64,000 bases of DNA from Spirochaetia bacterium (GCA_965203905.1 CBDBDQ010000005.1:2656001-2720000), one strand, 5' to 3'. Counted from the stretch's first letter, positions 39,692 through 51,598 are shown. The notes: generated by a model not told the origin, from the letters alone. Made by a program: numbers and translations.

Positions 39692-40864
39692 TCAGTTGTG
39701 CTTGGGTAGCTCATAGGTGAGCATCTTCTGCTCGTCCAGGGTCACGCCGAGGCCGGGGCCGAGGGGGACGGTGAGGTAGCCGTCGCTGATGGGCGGCGCC
39801 AGGTCGGTTGCCTGCGGGCCGGTGAGCAGCAGGTCGTGCAGCATCAGTTCGGTGAACTCGACGCCGTCGCGGAGGGGGCGGGTGGCGGCTGCGAGATGCA
39901 GCTTGGCGGCGACCTTGATGCCCAGGCCCCAGGCGGTGCCGATCACGCACTCCAGGCCGGCGGCCTCGGCCACGGCCGCGATCTTCTTCGACTGGTACAG
40001 GCCGCCCGCCTTGCCGATCTTGATGTTGATCACGTCCGCCGCCTGGTGGCGGGCGATCTGCACCACGTCGTGGGGCGTGTACGCCGCCTCGTCGGCCTCG
40101 ATCAGCACGTCCACCGCGGCGCGCACCTGGGCCATGCCGGCGAGGTCCCACTTGGGGACCGGCTGCTCCAGCAGTTCCAGGCCCACGTCGCGGCGCTCGC
40201 ACAGGCGGCACAGGCGGATCGCCTCCTTCGGCGTGTAGCCCTGGTTGGCGTCGGCGCGCAGCATGATCTCCGGTCCCACCGCGGCGCGAATCGCGGCCAG
40301 CCGCTCCGCGTCCTCTTCCGGAATCCCCCCGACCTTGGCCTTGAAGCCGCGCACACCCTGCTCGACCCACTCGACGCACTGCCGCGCCATGCCGTCGGGA
40401 GTGCCGCCGGCCACCTCCATCACCGCGAGCACTTGCCGCCGCTGGCTGCCGCCGATCAGGTTGCACACGGGAACGCCCAGGGCCTTGCCGAGCAGGTCGT
40501 GCAGGGCCAGGTCGATCCCGGACTTGGCGCAGGAGTTGCCGGGGAAGTCGATCTCGTACAGCAGTTGCTCGCGGTCGAACGGATCCTTGCCCAGCAGCTT
40601 GGGACCGAGGTACAGGTCGATGGCGCTCTGCACCTCCTCCAGCGGCTCTCCGAAGAAGCCGATGTCGGTGCACGCCTCGCCGACTCCGGTGATGCCGCTG
40701 TCGCTGTCGATCTCGACGATCACGTACTCCAGCGACGGCTCCGGCCGATGCGGCGTGAGCCGCGTCATGCCCCACTCCCGCTTGGTGCCGCCTCGCTCGG
40801 TTGAGTAGGGCACCGGTGCCAGCGGCAACGACACCGCCCGCGTGCGAACCTCGTTGATCAACAT
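39692..40864 (-). CDS. Mandelate racemase/muconate lactonizing enzyme family protein
   Basis: KAK, DANQG, EQP, ADE, NIK, GPGLG. Confidence 0.9.
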   Translation of the reverse strand: MLINEVRTRAVSLPLAPVPYSTERGGTKREWGMTRLTPHRPEPSLEYVIVEIDSDSGITGVGEACTDIGFFGEPLEEVQSAIDLYLGPKLLGKDPFDREQLLYEIDFPGNSCAKSGIDLALHDLLGKALGVPVCNLIGGSQRRQVLAVMEVAGGTPDGMARQCVEWVEQGVRGFKAKVGGIPEEDAERLAAIRAAVGPEIMLRADANQGYTPKEAIRLCRLCERRDVGLELLEQPVPKWDLAGMAQVRAAVDVLIEADEAAYTPHDVVQIARHQAADVINIKIGKAGGLYQSKKIAAVAEAAGLECVIGTAWGLGIKVAAKLHLAAATRPLRDGVEFTELMLHDLLLTGPQATDLAPPISDGYLTVPLGPGLGVTLDEQKMLTYELPKHN

Positions 40865-40962
40865 CGTACTCTTCCTTGGACCTTGGCTGTCTCCAAGAGA
40901 AAACGGCTCACTTACCGTTCAGCCGCATAGTCGCAGTGCAATCCATCGGTATCAACGCAGCG

Positions 40963-41493
40963 TCAGAGGAGAATCGACGATGCGTCGAGTTCCTTGAGTG
41001 CCTCTGTCGCGAGCTCCACAGACACGTGGGGTTTCAGCTCATTGATGCGTTTCGCTCGCACTTCGATCGACTCTTCGCCGTGTCGTTCGGTAACGTACAT
41101 TGCCGTAGATAATCTCTCTAGTTCCGCCGCGCCCCGCCTTCCTACAAAACGAACGATGCGTGCAACGTCCTTCGAGTGGCGGCAAATCGCTTCACGGTTG
41201 TGAGCCACATGTATTGACATGGACGTGGTAGCTGTCAGCCGCGGACCGTACGGCGGACGTGATGGCTCTTGTTTCAACATACGGCGTCCCAAAAGCCTCG
41301 ATATATCCAGATTGAGGTCAAACGAGTAGGGGCCATGTTTGTAGAGTACGAACGAATAACCCAAATCTACCTGACCAGCGGTCTGTAGGAAATAGACGGT
41401 CTTCTGAACGTGAGTCTCGCCACACCAGTTGTCTACAGCCCTCAACTGCGACACCAAATCCACAAGAATCGCTAGATTTACGCTTGCACCCAA
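40963..41493 (-). CDS. YwgA/SocA(Panacea)-like protein, lower GC
   Basis: VQKTVYFLQ...YKHGPYSFDL...LERLST. Confidence 0.65.
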   Translation of the reverse strand: MGASVNLAILVDLVSQLRAVDNWCGETHVQKTVYFLQTAGQVDLGYSFVLYKHGPYSFDLNLDISRLLGRRMLKQEPSRPPYGPRLTATTSMSIHVAHNREAICRHSKDVARIVRFVGRRGAAELERLSTAMYVTERHGEESIEVRAKRINELKPHVSVELATEALKELDASSILL

Positions 41494-41521
41494 AACTGTA
41501 CTCCCTTCACCACAATAGCGC

Positions 41522-42514
41522 CTATCCTCGATGATGGCATGCCAGCAGGTGGCGTGGCGCCACCTCGCGCAGCGGGGGCTCCTCGGCTGCGCACTGCTCG
41601 TCGGCCAGGGGGCAGCGCGTGCGGAACCGGCACCCGCTCGGGGGGGCGAGCGGACTCGGCACGTCGCCTGCCAGCACGGTGCGCTGCCGGCGTGCTTTTG
41701 GATCGGGCACCGGGACCGCGGACAGCAACGCCTCGCTGTACGGATGCAGGGTGCGCGCGAAGAAGCGGTCGGTGGGCGCGGATTCGACGATCTTGCCGAG
41801 GTACATCACCGCGATCGCGTCGCTGACGTGCTCGATCACCGACAGGTCGTGGGCCACGAACAGGGAGGTGAGCTCCAGCTCCTCCTGCAGGTCGAGCAGC
41901 AGGTTGAGGATCTGCGACCGGATCGACACGTCGAGCGCCGAGACCGGCTCGTCGCACACGATCAGGCGCGGTTCGAGCGCGATCGCGCGGGCGATGCCCA
42001 GGCGCTGACGCTGGCCGCCCGACAGCTCGTGGGGATAGCGGTCGGCGAAGTCGGGGGACAGGTTGACCCGGTTGAGGATCGCGACTACCCGCTCCCGCAG
42101 TTCCGCCCGCGTGCACAGGCCGTGCACCAGCAGCGGCTCCCCCAGGATGCGGCGCGCGGTGTGGTGCGGGTTGAGCGATGAGTAGGGGTCCTGGAAGATC
42201 ATCTGGGCCGCGGTCCGGAAACGGCGCAGTGCGGCGCCGGTGAGACCGGAGGTGTCGCGACCGTCGAGGAGCACCTGCCCGGCGTCGGGCTGCTCCAGGT
42301 GCACGATCAGGCGCGCGGTGGTGGTCTTGCCGCAGCCCGACTCGCCGACCAGCCCCAGCGTGCTGCCGCGGCCGATGGCGAAGCTCACGCCGTCCACCGC
42401 CTGCACGTGGCCAACCGTGCGCAGGAAGATGCCCTTGCGGACCGGGAAATACTTGCGCAGGTCGCGCACGGCGAGGAATTCCGCGCCCCGCGGCGCGCCG
42501 GCGGGGTCGCTCAC
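41522..42514 (-). CDS. Oligopeptide ABC ATP-binding protein (OppF/DppF-like)
   Basis: [32 protein letters not shown]. Confidence 0.93.
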   Translation of the reverse strand: MSDPAGAPRGAEFLAVRDLRKYFPVRKGIFLRTVGHVQAVDGVSFAIGRGSTLGLVGESGCGKTTTARLIVHLEQPDAGQVLLDGRDTSGLTGAALRRFRTAAQMIFQDPYSSLNPHHTARRILGEPLLVHGLCTRAELRERVVAILNRVNLSPDFADRYPHELSGGQRQRLGIARAIALEPRLIVCDEPVSALDVSIRSQILNLLLDLQEELELTSLFVAHDLSVIEHVSDAIAVMYLGKIVESAPTDRFFARTLHPYSEALLSAVPVPDPKARRQRTVLAGDVPSPLAPPSGCRFRTRCPLADEQCAAEEPPLREVAPRHLLACHHRG

Positions 42515-43524
42515 GCGGTGTGCTCCTCGGCCGGGATTTCGTCGACCCGGCGGCAGCGCACCAGGTGGCCGCCGCCCACCGGCTCCAGGGGCGGCTCGCT
42601 GCCCAGGCACAGGTCGGCGACCGCGTGCGGGCAGCGGGCGAAGAACTTGCAGCCCGGTTCCAGGTCGAGCAGGTCCGGCACCACGCCGGGAACCGTGAAC
42701 AGGCGGCTCTTGCGGGCGTCGCGCCCGCGCTGCGGCAGCGACCGCAACAGCCCCTGCGTATACGGATGGCCGGGGCGCGCGAACAGGTCGTCCACGCCGG
42801 CGTACTCCACCACGCTGCCGGCGTACATCACCGCCACCCGCGCCGCGGTCTCCGCCACCACCCCCAGGTCGTGGGTGATCAGCATCACCGCCATCCCGAT
42901 GCGGCGCTGCAACTCCTGAAACAGTTCCAGCACCTGCGCCTGAATCGTGACGTCGAGGGCGGTGGTGGGCTCGTCGGCGATCAGCAGCCGAGTCTCCCCG
43001 CCGGCCAGGGCGATGGCGATCATCACCCGCTGGCGCATGCCGCCCGAGAGCTGGTGCGGATAGCTCGCCACCCGCTGCTCGGGCGACGGGATGCCGACCA
43101 GGCGCAGCAGCTCCACCACCCGCTCCCGGCGTTCGCCGCGGCTCAGGTCGCGGCGGTGGGCGACCAGCACCTCGCCGATCTGGTTGCCGATCCGGTAGGC
43201 GGGATTGAGGCTGGTCATCGGTTCCTGGAACACCATGGTGATCTGGCTCCCGCGCACCTGCCGCATCTCCTCCTCCGAGAGCGCCAGCAGGTCGCGTCCC
43301 TCCAGCAGCACCTCGCCGGCCACGATCGCTCCCGGGTACGGCACCAGGCGCAGGATGCTGCGCGCGGTCATGGTCTTGCCGCAGCCCGATTCGCCGACCA
43401 CGCCGAGCACGTCGCGGCGCTCCACCGCCAGGTCCACGCCGTCCACCGCCCGCAGCACGCCGCGCTCGGTGCTGAAGTGGGTGTGCAGACCGCGAATCTC
43501 CAGCAGGTGGGCGGCATCAGCCAT
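42511..43524 (-). CDS. Oligopeptide ABC ATP-binding protein (OppD/DppD-like)
   Basis: [24 protein letters not shown]. Confidence 0.93.
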   Translation of the reverse strand: MADAAHLLEIRGLHTHFSTERGVLRAVDGVDLAVERRDVLGVVGESGCGKTMTARSILRLVPYPGAIVAGEVLLEGRDLLALSEEEMRQVRGSQITMVFQEPMTSLNPAYRIGNQIGEVLVAHRRDLSRGERRERVVELLRLVGIPSPEQRVASYPHQLSGGMRQRVMIAIALAGGETRLLIADEPTTALDVTIQAQVLELFQELQRRIGMAVMLITHDLGVVAETAARVAVMYAGSVVEYAGVDDLFARPGHPYTQGLLRSLPQRGRDARKSRLFTVPGVVPDLLDLEPGCKFFARCPHAVADLCLGSEPPLEPVGGGHLVRCRRVDEIPAEEHTA

Positions 43525-44425
43525 GGCGTGCCCCCGCGCGCGCCCGCCGCAGCCTGGGGTCGAAGCGGTCACGCAGCCCGTCCCCGATCAGGTTCATCCC
43601 CATCACCGCCAGGGTGATCATGGCGCCGGGAATGATCATCAGCCACGGCGCCGTGCGCACGAACTCCCGGGCGTCGCTGAGGATGTTGCCCCAGCTCGGT
43701 GCCGGCGGCGGCGTGCCGATGCCGAGGAAGCTCAGCCCCGCCTCGGCCAGGATCGCGTCGGCGAAACCCAGCGACACCTGCACCGCGGCCGGGGCGTAGG
43801 CGTTCGGCAGAATGTGCCCCACCAGGATGCGCAGGTTGGGGATGCCGGACACGCGCGCGGCGTCGATGTAGTCCATCTCCTTCACTTCCAGCACCGAGGC
43901 GCGGACCACGCGCACGATGCGCGGCGCGTTGATGATGGTGAAGGCGATCACCACGTTGAACTCGGCCGGGCCGAGCGCCGCCATCAGCATGATGCCGAGC
44001 ACCAGCCCCGGGAACATCACCACGCCGTCCACCACCCGGCTGATGAGCTGGTCCGCCACCCGGTAGAAGCCGGCCAGCAGGCCCAGCACGCCGCCGGCCA
44101 GCGCCGCGAACAGCGTCGCCAGGCCCCCCACGCGCAGCGAGATGCGGGAGCCGTGGATCACCCGCGTCAGCACGTCGCGGCCCAGCTCGTCGGTGCCGAA
44201 CGGATGCGCCGGGCTCATCGGCAACAGCTTCTGCGGGGTGTCGATGGCGACCGGGTCGTAGGAGGTAAGGTGGGGGGCCGCCAGCGCCATGACGCAGATC
44301 GGCAGCATGATGACGACGCCGATCACCAGCAGGCGATTGCCCAGCAGGTGGCGAAGCTGCCGGCGCCAGCCGCGGAGCGGCACGGGCGACCGAGCGGCGG
44401 GCACCCGCGTGGCGGTGCTACGCAT
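43517..44425 (-). CDS. ABC permease (OppC/DppC-like)
   Basis: GTDELGRD, LSFLGIG, GDGLRDRFDP. Confidence 0.93.
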   Translation of the reverse strand: MRSTATRVPAARSPVPLRGWRRQLRHLLGNRLLVIGVVIMLPICVMALAAPHLTSYDPVAIDTPQKLLPMSPAHPFGTDELGRDVLTRVIHGSRISLRVGGLATLFAALAGGVLGLLAGFYRVADQLISRVVDGVVMFPGLVLGIMLMAALGPAEFNVVIAFTIINAPRIVRVVRASVLEVKEMDYIDAARVSGIPNLRILVGHILPNAYAPAAVQVSLGFADAILAEAGLSFLGIGTPPPAPSWGNILSDAREFVRTAPWLMIIPGAMITLAVMGMNLIGDGLRDRFDPRLRRARAGARHG

Positions 44426-45365
44426 AGCGGACCCGCGGGTTGATCAGGCTGTAGGAGATGTCGACCAGCAGGTTCACCGCCAGGGCCACCAGCGTGAGGT
44501 ACGCCATGCCGCCCTCCAGGGTGGGGTAGTCGCGGCGCACCGCGGCATTGGTGATCAGCCGCCCCAGGCCGGGGATCGCGAATACCTCCTCGATGATCAC
44601 CGAGCCGCCGAGGGTGAGCGCGAACACCAGCCCGACCACCGTGGTGATCGACATCAGTCCGTTGCGCAGCGCGTGCTTGTAGATCACCTTGCCCTCGGCC
44701 AGGCCCTTGGCGCGGGCGGCGACGATGTACTCCTGGCCCAGCACTTCCAGCATGCTGGTGCGGGTGATGCGCATCAGCAGCGCCAACTGGCTCAGGCTCA
44801 AGGCCAGCACCGGCAGCACCAGGCGGCGCAGCCACTCCCAGAACCCGAACGACAGGTCGCGGTAGCCGGCGACCGGAAACCAGCCCAGCGTGACCGCGAA
44901 CAGCAGGATGAACAGGAACCCCAGCCAGAACGACGGCACCGAGACGCCGAAGATGGAGAGCACCATGCTGGCGTGGTCCAGGGCCGAGTCGCGGCGGGTA
45001 GCGGCCAGCACCCCCAGGGGAACGGCCAGCAGCACCGTCAGCAGTGTCGACAGCCCGGCAATGCTCATCGTCACGGGAAACCGCTCCGCGATCACGACGG
45101 CCACCGGCTTCTCGAAAAAAATCGATTGGCCGAAGTTGCCGCTCAAGGCCTTGGGCAGCCAGGTCAGGTACTGGATCAGGATCGGCCGGTCCAGCCCCAG
45201 CTCGCGCGCCACCGCATCGACCTGCTCGGCCGACACCGACTGGTGGCCGAGCAGCGCCCATACCGGGTTGCCGGGCACCAGCCGGGTGAGGATGAAGATC
45301 AGCGTGACGGCGACGAAGACGGTCGGGATGAAGGCCAGCAGCCGCCGCCCGATGTAGCCCCACAT
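44418..45365 (-). CDS. ABC permease (OppB/DppB-like)
   Basis: LGLDRP, EYIVAARAKG, HALRN. Confidence 0.93.
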   Translation of the reverse strand: MWGYIGRRLLAFIPTVFVAVTLIFILTRLVPGNPVWALLGHQSVSAEQVDAVARELGLDRPILIQYLTWLPKALSGNFGQSIFFEKPVAVVIAERFPVTMSIAGLSTLLTVLLAVPLGVLAATRRDSALDHASMVLSIFGVSVPSFWLGFLFILLFAVTLGWFPVAGYRDLSFGFWEWLRRLVLPVLALSLSQLALLMRITRTSMLEVLGQEYIVAARAKGLAEGKVIYKHALRNGLMSITTVVGLVFALTLGGSVIIEEVFAIPGLGRLITNAAVRRDYPTLEGGMAYLTLVALAVNLLVDISYSLINPRVRYA

Positions 45366-45501
45366 GCGCCGTTACCCTGGCGCGTGGTGATGCCGGCCCG
45401 CGGCGGGGCCGTGGCGGGTTCCGATGCGCTTGCTGGTGGGGGTGGAAGCACGCGGCCGGCAGGCCGCGGGAGGCGGCGTGCCGGCTCGCGGCGGAGGTCT
45501 C

Positions 45502-47088
45502 CTATTCGTCAAGCCACACGTGGTGCAACGTGGGGTTGCCCAGAGCCAGGTAGCCCTCCGGGTCGCGCACCGTGTCGCGGCGGGCGAACAGGCGGTACTG
45601 GTAGCCGAGGTTGATGGTGGCCACCTTGTTGTAGAACTCGCACTGCAACGCCTCGCCGAGGGCGTAGCGCTTGTCGAAGTCGGTCTCGGCGGCCAACCCG
45701 CGGAACACCTCTTCGGTCTCGTCGTGGTAGTAGCCCACCTCCGGCGACGGGAAGGTGCCGTTGAACTCCGGGTGGTACAGCGAGGGATCGATCCAGTACC
45801 CGGCCGAGGTGTAGATGTTGAGCCCGTTGGGATCGCGGCGCTTGGCCACCCAGGTCTGCACGTCGTACTGCACCATCTCCGCATTGATGCCGATCGACTG
45901 CAACTGCTCGGCAACGGAGAGCCCGGTGCGCACGTGGCTGGGCGAGCTGGCGATGGTCTGCACGATCACCTTCTCGCCGGCGTAGTCGGACGCGGCCAGG
46001 TACTCGCGGGCCTTGTCGGCGTCCACCTGGTTGTAGAGCTCGGCGCAGGCGTCGTTGTTGTAGGCGCTCTCCGGCGGATAGAAGCTGGGGTTGACGGTGG
46101 CGAACGCGGGGTCGGCCACCGCGGCGTCGACCACCTTCTGCGCATCGACGATTGTCTGCACCGCGCGGCGGAAGTTGATGTCGGCGGTGGGACCGTGCTG
46201 GTGGTTGAACATCATGTACAGCAGGGCGCCGGGGCCGTTCTTTACGGGCACCACGCCGGCGGTCTCCTCCAGGCGCTGGAACTCGGCATCCGGCACGGCC
46301 GTGATGATGTCGTACTCGCCCGATTCCAGGCCGGCGACGCGGGTCGAGGCCTCGGGCACGATCCAGAACAGGAGCTCGTCGGGGTAGGCCACCTTGTTGC
46401 CGGTCTGATAGTTGGGTGCATCGCTGCGCGCCGCGTAGTCGGCGAACCGCTCCAGCCGCACGAACTGATCCTCGCGGTACTCGACGAAGCTATAGGGACC
46501 GGTGCCGACCACCTCGCTCAGGGTGCCGGCCTCCGGCGACGCCTCGGCCACCTCCTTGGGCATGATCACGGCCTTGTTCTCGTCCGAGCCCATCAGCATC
46601 AGCAGGAAGCGGCCCTTGGGGCTCGAGAAGTGCAGCGCCAGGGTGTGGTCATCGATGATCTCGAACCGCTCCAGCTCGTCCAGTGCCGGTCCCTTGGGGC
46701 CGACCCGGCGCCAGCGCTCCAGCGAAGCGACCACGTCCTCGGCAGTCAGCTCGTCGCCGTTATGAAACATCACCCCGGATCGCAGCCGGACGGTCCACAC
46801 CGTGCCGTCGGCGTTGGCCTCCCACGACTCGGCGAGCTCGGGGGCGGCGTCGAACTCCTTGGTGAATCCGAACAGGCCCTCGAACACGTGCCCCATGATG
46901 TGCGGCAACGGGTGCGAGACCGTGGACTGCCAGTCCAACGTGTGCGGCGCAATGTGGATCGCCACGTCCAGCGTGCCGCCGTACTTCGAGTCTTCAGCCC
47001 CGGCGTCGCCGCTTTCCCCCGCGGGGCTGGCCCAGACGCCGGCAACCGCCAGCAGCCCGGCCACGAATCCTGCAAACAGTCTTGTCAT
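45502..47088 (-). CDS. ABC substrate-binding protein, family 5
   Basis: Signal peptide; FHNGDELTAEDV, GTGPY; GGAGG RBS. Confidence 0.92.
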   Translation of the reverse strand: MTRLFAGFVAGLLAVAGVWASPAGESGDAGAEDSKYGGTLDVAIHIAPHTLDWQSTVSHPLPHIMGHVFEGLFGFTKEFDAAPELAESWEANADGTVWTVRLRSGVMFHNGDELTAEDVVASLERWRRVGPKGPALDELERFEIIDDHTLALHFSSPKGRFLLMLMGSDENKAVIMPKEVAEASPEAGTLSEVVGTGPYSFVEYREDQFVRLERFADYAARSDAPNYQTGNKVAYPDELLFWIVPEASTRVAGLESGEYDIITAVPDAEFQRLEETAGVVPVKNGPGALLYMMFNHQHGPTADINFRRAVQTIVDAQKVVDAAVADPAFATVNPSFYPPESAYNNDACAELYNQVDADKAREYLAASDYAGEKVIVQTIASSPSHVRTGLSVAEQLQSIGINAEMVQYDVQTWVAKRRDPNGLNIYTSAGYWIDPSLYHPEFNGTFPSPEVGYYHDETEEVFRGLAAETDFDKRYALGEALQCEFYNKVATINLGYQYRLFARRDTVRDPEGYLALGNPTLHHVWLDE

Positions 47089-47234
47089 GATCTCTCTCCT
47101 TCCCTCCTTCGGAGAATAGACCACGCTATCCCGGACGCCGGCGGCTGTCAAATCGGATTCCGCGCTCTCTGCCCCGCGCGCGGCACGTCGTACTACCGTC
47201 TCGCGGCACACGCCACTCGGCGTGCGGATGGGCG

Positions 47235-50200
47235 TCACCGCAACAGGAGAGCGTGTTCCTCCTCACGACGCAACACAGACGCGGCCCTACTTGCCCACGA
47301 GCAAAGACCCGGCAAGACGGTGCGCTTGGCAATTCGAGAGAAGTTGTTCGCCAGTTCACGATGATGGAGTGACCCAGGACCTGCGAATGTACCTGAAACG
47401 TGATGGCTAAAGAATGCATCGCTCACCGTTTCGTCGTCGCCATACTGTGCGATAATGTGCGCGGCCAAGCTATCATCGTGCAGTGATTGCTTGTTCGTCA
47501 GAGAGGCCAGTAACGCCGCCCGTTGTGCTGCATGCTCAGAAGTAGATTCCGCGATCCACTCCAGGACATCCTGCATCGGCAGACGTTCCAGCACTTTGGT
47601 AGGAAAACCAATGACGTACAACATGGCCTCTCTCGGCGGCCACAAGTGGCGGCGAAGCTCTCTCCACACTTCGCCGGGAGCGTGATCGACACAAGAAAGC
47701 AGCACCTTGACCACCTCCTTCTCGTATCGCAGCATCCAACGGTCAGTTCGATCACGTTTGGCGTGCGCCCGGAAAATGGCTGCGGATATCTCTCGCGGGT
47801 GGTCCGACACCAGGATCGTGGCCAGCCTGTACCAGTAGTGATTGGGCATTTCTTGGCATCGGATCAGATTCAGGTCCACTACCAGCTCCATGGCAAGGGA
47901 CTGCCACCGGGACGCATCGGAAGTTGGAGATTTCATCCGCCGTTGCAGGATGTACACCGCGGTCTCTCGATGTTCGGTTTCCATCATTGCCTGCACCAGT
48001 AGTTCCAGCGCCCCATCTGAGGTATCAGTCCAGTCCGCGTATTTGAGTCGTCCGGCTATTGCGCGGCCAACATGCCGCCCACGAACCAACTGCGCTGCCA
48101 TGCTGGTCAGTTTGTCGGTCGCTCCACAGCGTGACAGGATCTCAAACAGCAGCGCAATCGGCTGCGCCTCGCGCTCGAACTGGGCGGTGGTCCACCGTTC
48201 GTACCACTCGTCGCCGAGCACCCTGCGGCGTGCGGCGACATAGCCACAAACGACGCGATGGTCGGGGCCGCCGGGTAGTCCTGGCAGTTCATCGCCCAAC
48301 CGTCCACTTGGATCGGCCGCGGCAACTGCTTCGCCGAGTTCCCAAGCCGCGCCTGCCTGCCCGGACGTCAACCAGGACCACTGCTTGGCAAGCACTTCTG
48401 GCGCCGTGACCAGGTCTGCCGCCAGTGAAGCAAAATCCGGCGCTGCTTCCCGTTCCCATTGGTGTGGTCCGACGTACTGCTGCAGCCGACCTTCCAGGGA
48501 TGGATCCTCGAACCGCGCATGCAATTCGTCCAGGACTTTCCGTTGCTCCGGTGGCAGGCGTTCCTTGTCGTGGCGCAGCACTGTCGCAATCTGCTTTCGC
48601 AGCGGCTCACGCAGACCGGAGTACGCTGTGCGCAACTCGATGAAGAGCGTCGCCACGCTGCTGCCCGCATCACGGTAGCGGAGCAGCCACGCCACCTCCT
48701 TCGCGGCCGCGAACAGGTCGGCTTGCAGTTCAGGATCGCGTTCCGTGGCAAATGACCGCAAACGATCGAGCCCCGCGGTGATGCACTCCAGAAGCTCGGT
48801 CTGGGACGACGGCTCCCAGTCCGGCTCAGGAGCCTGGTCCGACGATGGCATCACCACGCCACCGGCCGAGTCGTTCCCCACTTGGCCTAACGCGCCCACG
48901 ACGAGCTTGGTCATTCTTGTGCGTCGGAGCCTGATCAGGTCGTCAAGAACGACCAGCCGCTGCGGATAGGGCAGTGCCGTTGCGCCCAAAGATACGTGAT
49001 ACTTGGCGAAGAACTCGCGAGAGGCGCCGTTCCCCCAGGTATCGTTCTCGGGCTCGGCCAGCAACGCGAGCGCCGTGGCCGCGTCGTGAAACCCCGGTGA
49101 TCTGGAGGCGATGCGAGCCAATCTCCACACCAGCTCTGAGACAGCCTGGAATGTGATTCTCCTTCGATCATCGACTCTCGATGCGGCAAGAGCCTGGCAC
49201 AGGCCGCGAGCTGCAAGTTCGGGATCGGCGGTTGAGAGCGCCGACCAACGGCGAGCGCCATGAACGTCTATGAAGTCATCGATCCGAAAAAAAAAGTCGC
49301 GCAACTTGTCGCGCGAAAACTCCCTTGCGTGTGGGTGGCTGGCGATCGACGCCAACCTCTTGTAGTAAGCTTCTTTGGCAGACTCCGACGGCAATAATTC
49401 GGGCAGCGACTTCAGCAGATCCGGGTAAGTCTCCCACGCATCGTGAGCCAGGTATATCGCCAGTGGCTCAGGTGAGATATAGCGGTACCGTCCGCCACGC
49501 GGGACGATACCCATGCTTCGATGGTAACCGTCCACCTGATCGCGCACGTCGTTCCAATCGAGGCCCAGGTGTTCGGCGATTGCCCTTCCTTCCTGTTGCT
49601 TGTCATCGGTCCAGCCAACGTGTGTGAGTACGGCGACGACGTAGAGCGCGCGCCGGTTGCCTCCCCCCAACAAGCTGTCGAGGATGCGGCGAATCTCGCG
49701 CCGGGCGAGCAGATCCGGCAAGGTCGCGGAAGGCTCCTTGGCCACGGCGTCGGCGGTGAGTCGCCCAAGTTTCATGTAGCCGGCGGCAAACTCGGTCACG
49801 AAGTCAACATGTTCCCAAGGCATGTCGGGATACCAGTCGCTGACCGCCGTCCGCATGGCCGCTGGCGCAAGCGGCTCGATGCAGGTGAAGGACGTTGCCT
49901 GAATCGCTGTCATCTTCAAAGTCGATCTGCGATCGTGCCAGGGACAGATCGGACGCGACTCTCGCAGATGCCTGATATGGTATCCGGTGTTCTTCGCTGT
50001 GTTCCCATCGTTCAACCGTCCACAGCCCCGCGGGGGCGGCAGTCAGTCGTGCTGCAACGGCGGGATGCTGATTGCACCACGCGGCGAGTTGCTCACTGCC
50101 GTACACCTCGATGTTGTCGGTAGGCAGTCCGGCTCTTTGCGCGCTTTGGACCAGTTTCTCACGCCGTTCTTCTACACCACTGCGCCCGCTTGTCGAACCG

Positions 50201-50577
50201 TTCGCAACCAGTACGAATCGCCCGCCCTGCTGAAGGGTGCGGTACGGGATCGGTTTCACAACCTCGTCTGCTATTTGCGCCGGCTCGCCCTTTCTCCCAG
50301 CCTTGAACTGCCAGCAGGTTCTAGTCTCGCCGAGCCAGCGATCCGCCTTCGCCGGACGCGCGGTCCAACCGTCGCAGCCCTGGTCCCGCGCGTCGACCTC
50401 CGCGTTGGCATATGCGTCTCCGCAATCGCAACGGTAGGCCTGCGCGGGGAGCAAGTGACCCATCAACTCGTTGAGCCCAACATCATCCAGACGCCTGACG
50501 AGACTGGACGACACTTGCAGTGCGTTGCGGAAGATTGCTGACTGGCTCACCGACGTCAATGATAACACAAGCGGCAA
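47235..50577 (-). pseudogene. Large REase-(NTPase)-helical repeat protein, Avs/STAND-like, with frameshifting internal deletion near 49880
   Basis: N-terminal DQGCDG...WQFKA nuclease motif (ORF 49804..50577); VLHLH jumps to IEPL with no Walker A; long helical C-terminus. Confidence 0.65.
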
Positions 50578-50674
50578 CGGGCCGCTCCCAGTCTTCGGGC
50601 GACGATCGGTTGACAGCGGTGCGCGGGGGCTGCACTCTCGCGGAGGCGGGTGTCGTTACCCGAAGGGGGCTGAA

Positions 50675-51598
50675 CTGAGTGCGAGCGCGCCGGCGAGCGC
50701 CGGAACGGTACAAGTGGCCGATATCGAGTTGCAGGCGGCGGATCTCGACGTGCAACGGGCGGCGGAGATCTACGCCGAGCACGGCTGCCTGGTGGTGCGC
50801 GGCCTGATGAGCGAGTATGCGGCCGCCATCGGCGCCGACGTGGTGCGCACCATGGAGCAGGCGATTCGGCTCTTCGAGGCCGGCCGCTACAAGGAATCCA
50901 ACGTCGGCCTCGGCACGCCCGACGGCACGCTGCTGATTCCCGCACCCGAGGGCTTCGAACGTGACTGGCAGGTGATGGTGACGAGTTGCCATTACACTAC
51001 CAGCAGCACCTTTCTGCGCTCCGCGTTCGATCCGGGGCTGCTGGGCATCGTGCAGGCGATTCTGGGCGACGAGGTGGAGATCTTCGGCAACGGTCAGACG
51101 CTGTGCAAGGAACCGGCCGGCGGCCACCCCAAGCTGCTGCACCAGGACGCCTCCTACTTCGAGCACAAGTACGAGGGGCCGGTGGGGGTGCTGTGCTACA
51201 CCATCCCCACCACCGTCGAGCGCGGAGCGCTGCACGTGGTGCCTGGATCGCACCGCTTCGAGATCCTGGAGCACGTCGATACCGAGAGCCACCTGGGTCT
51301 CGACCCGACCGAGTGGACCTTCGACAAGGCGCTCCCGATCGAGGGCGACGCCGGCGACGCCATCTTCTTCCACGTCAAGATGATCCACGGCTCGCCGCCG
51401 AACTACTCCACGGTGCCGCGGCCGGTGTTCATCCACCGCTACCGCCGGGCAGACGACTACGCCATAATAAGTGCCTCGACCGTGGAGGACCGCAAGGCGC
51501 GCGCCGCCGAGGTGGCCGAGGCGAAGAAGGAAAACCAGCTCGGCCTGATGGTGTCCGGGTTCCGCGGCTACGCCGGGGAGCGCGACGCCCACATCTGA
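50675..51598 (+). CDS. PhyH family dioxygenase (start uncertain)
   Basis: LHQD, GALHVVPGSH, GDAIFFH...HGS. Confidence 0.88.
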   Translation: MSASAPASAGTVQVADIELQAADLDVQRAAEIYAEHGCLVVRGLMSEYAAAIGADVVRTMEQAIRLFEAGRYKESNVGLGTPDGTLLIPAPEGFERDWQVMVTSCHYTTSSTFLRSAFDPGLLGIVQAILGDEVEIFGNGQTLCKEPAGGHPKLLHQDASYFEHKYEGPVGVLCYTIPTTVERGALHVVPGSHRFEILEHVDTESHLGLDPTEWTFDKALPIEGDAGDAIFFHVKMIHGSPPNYSTVPRPVFIHRYRRADDYAIISASTVEDRKARAAEVAEAKKENQLGLMVSGFRGYAGERDAHI

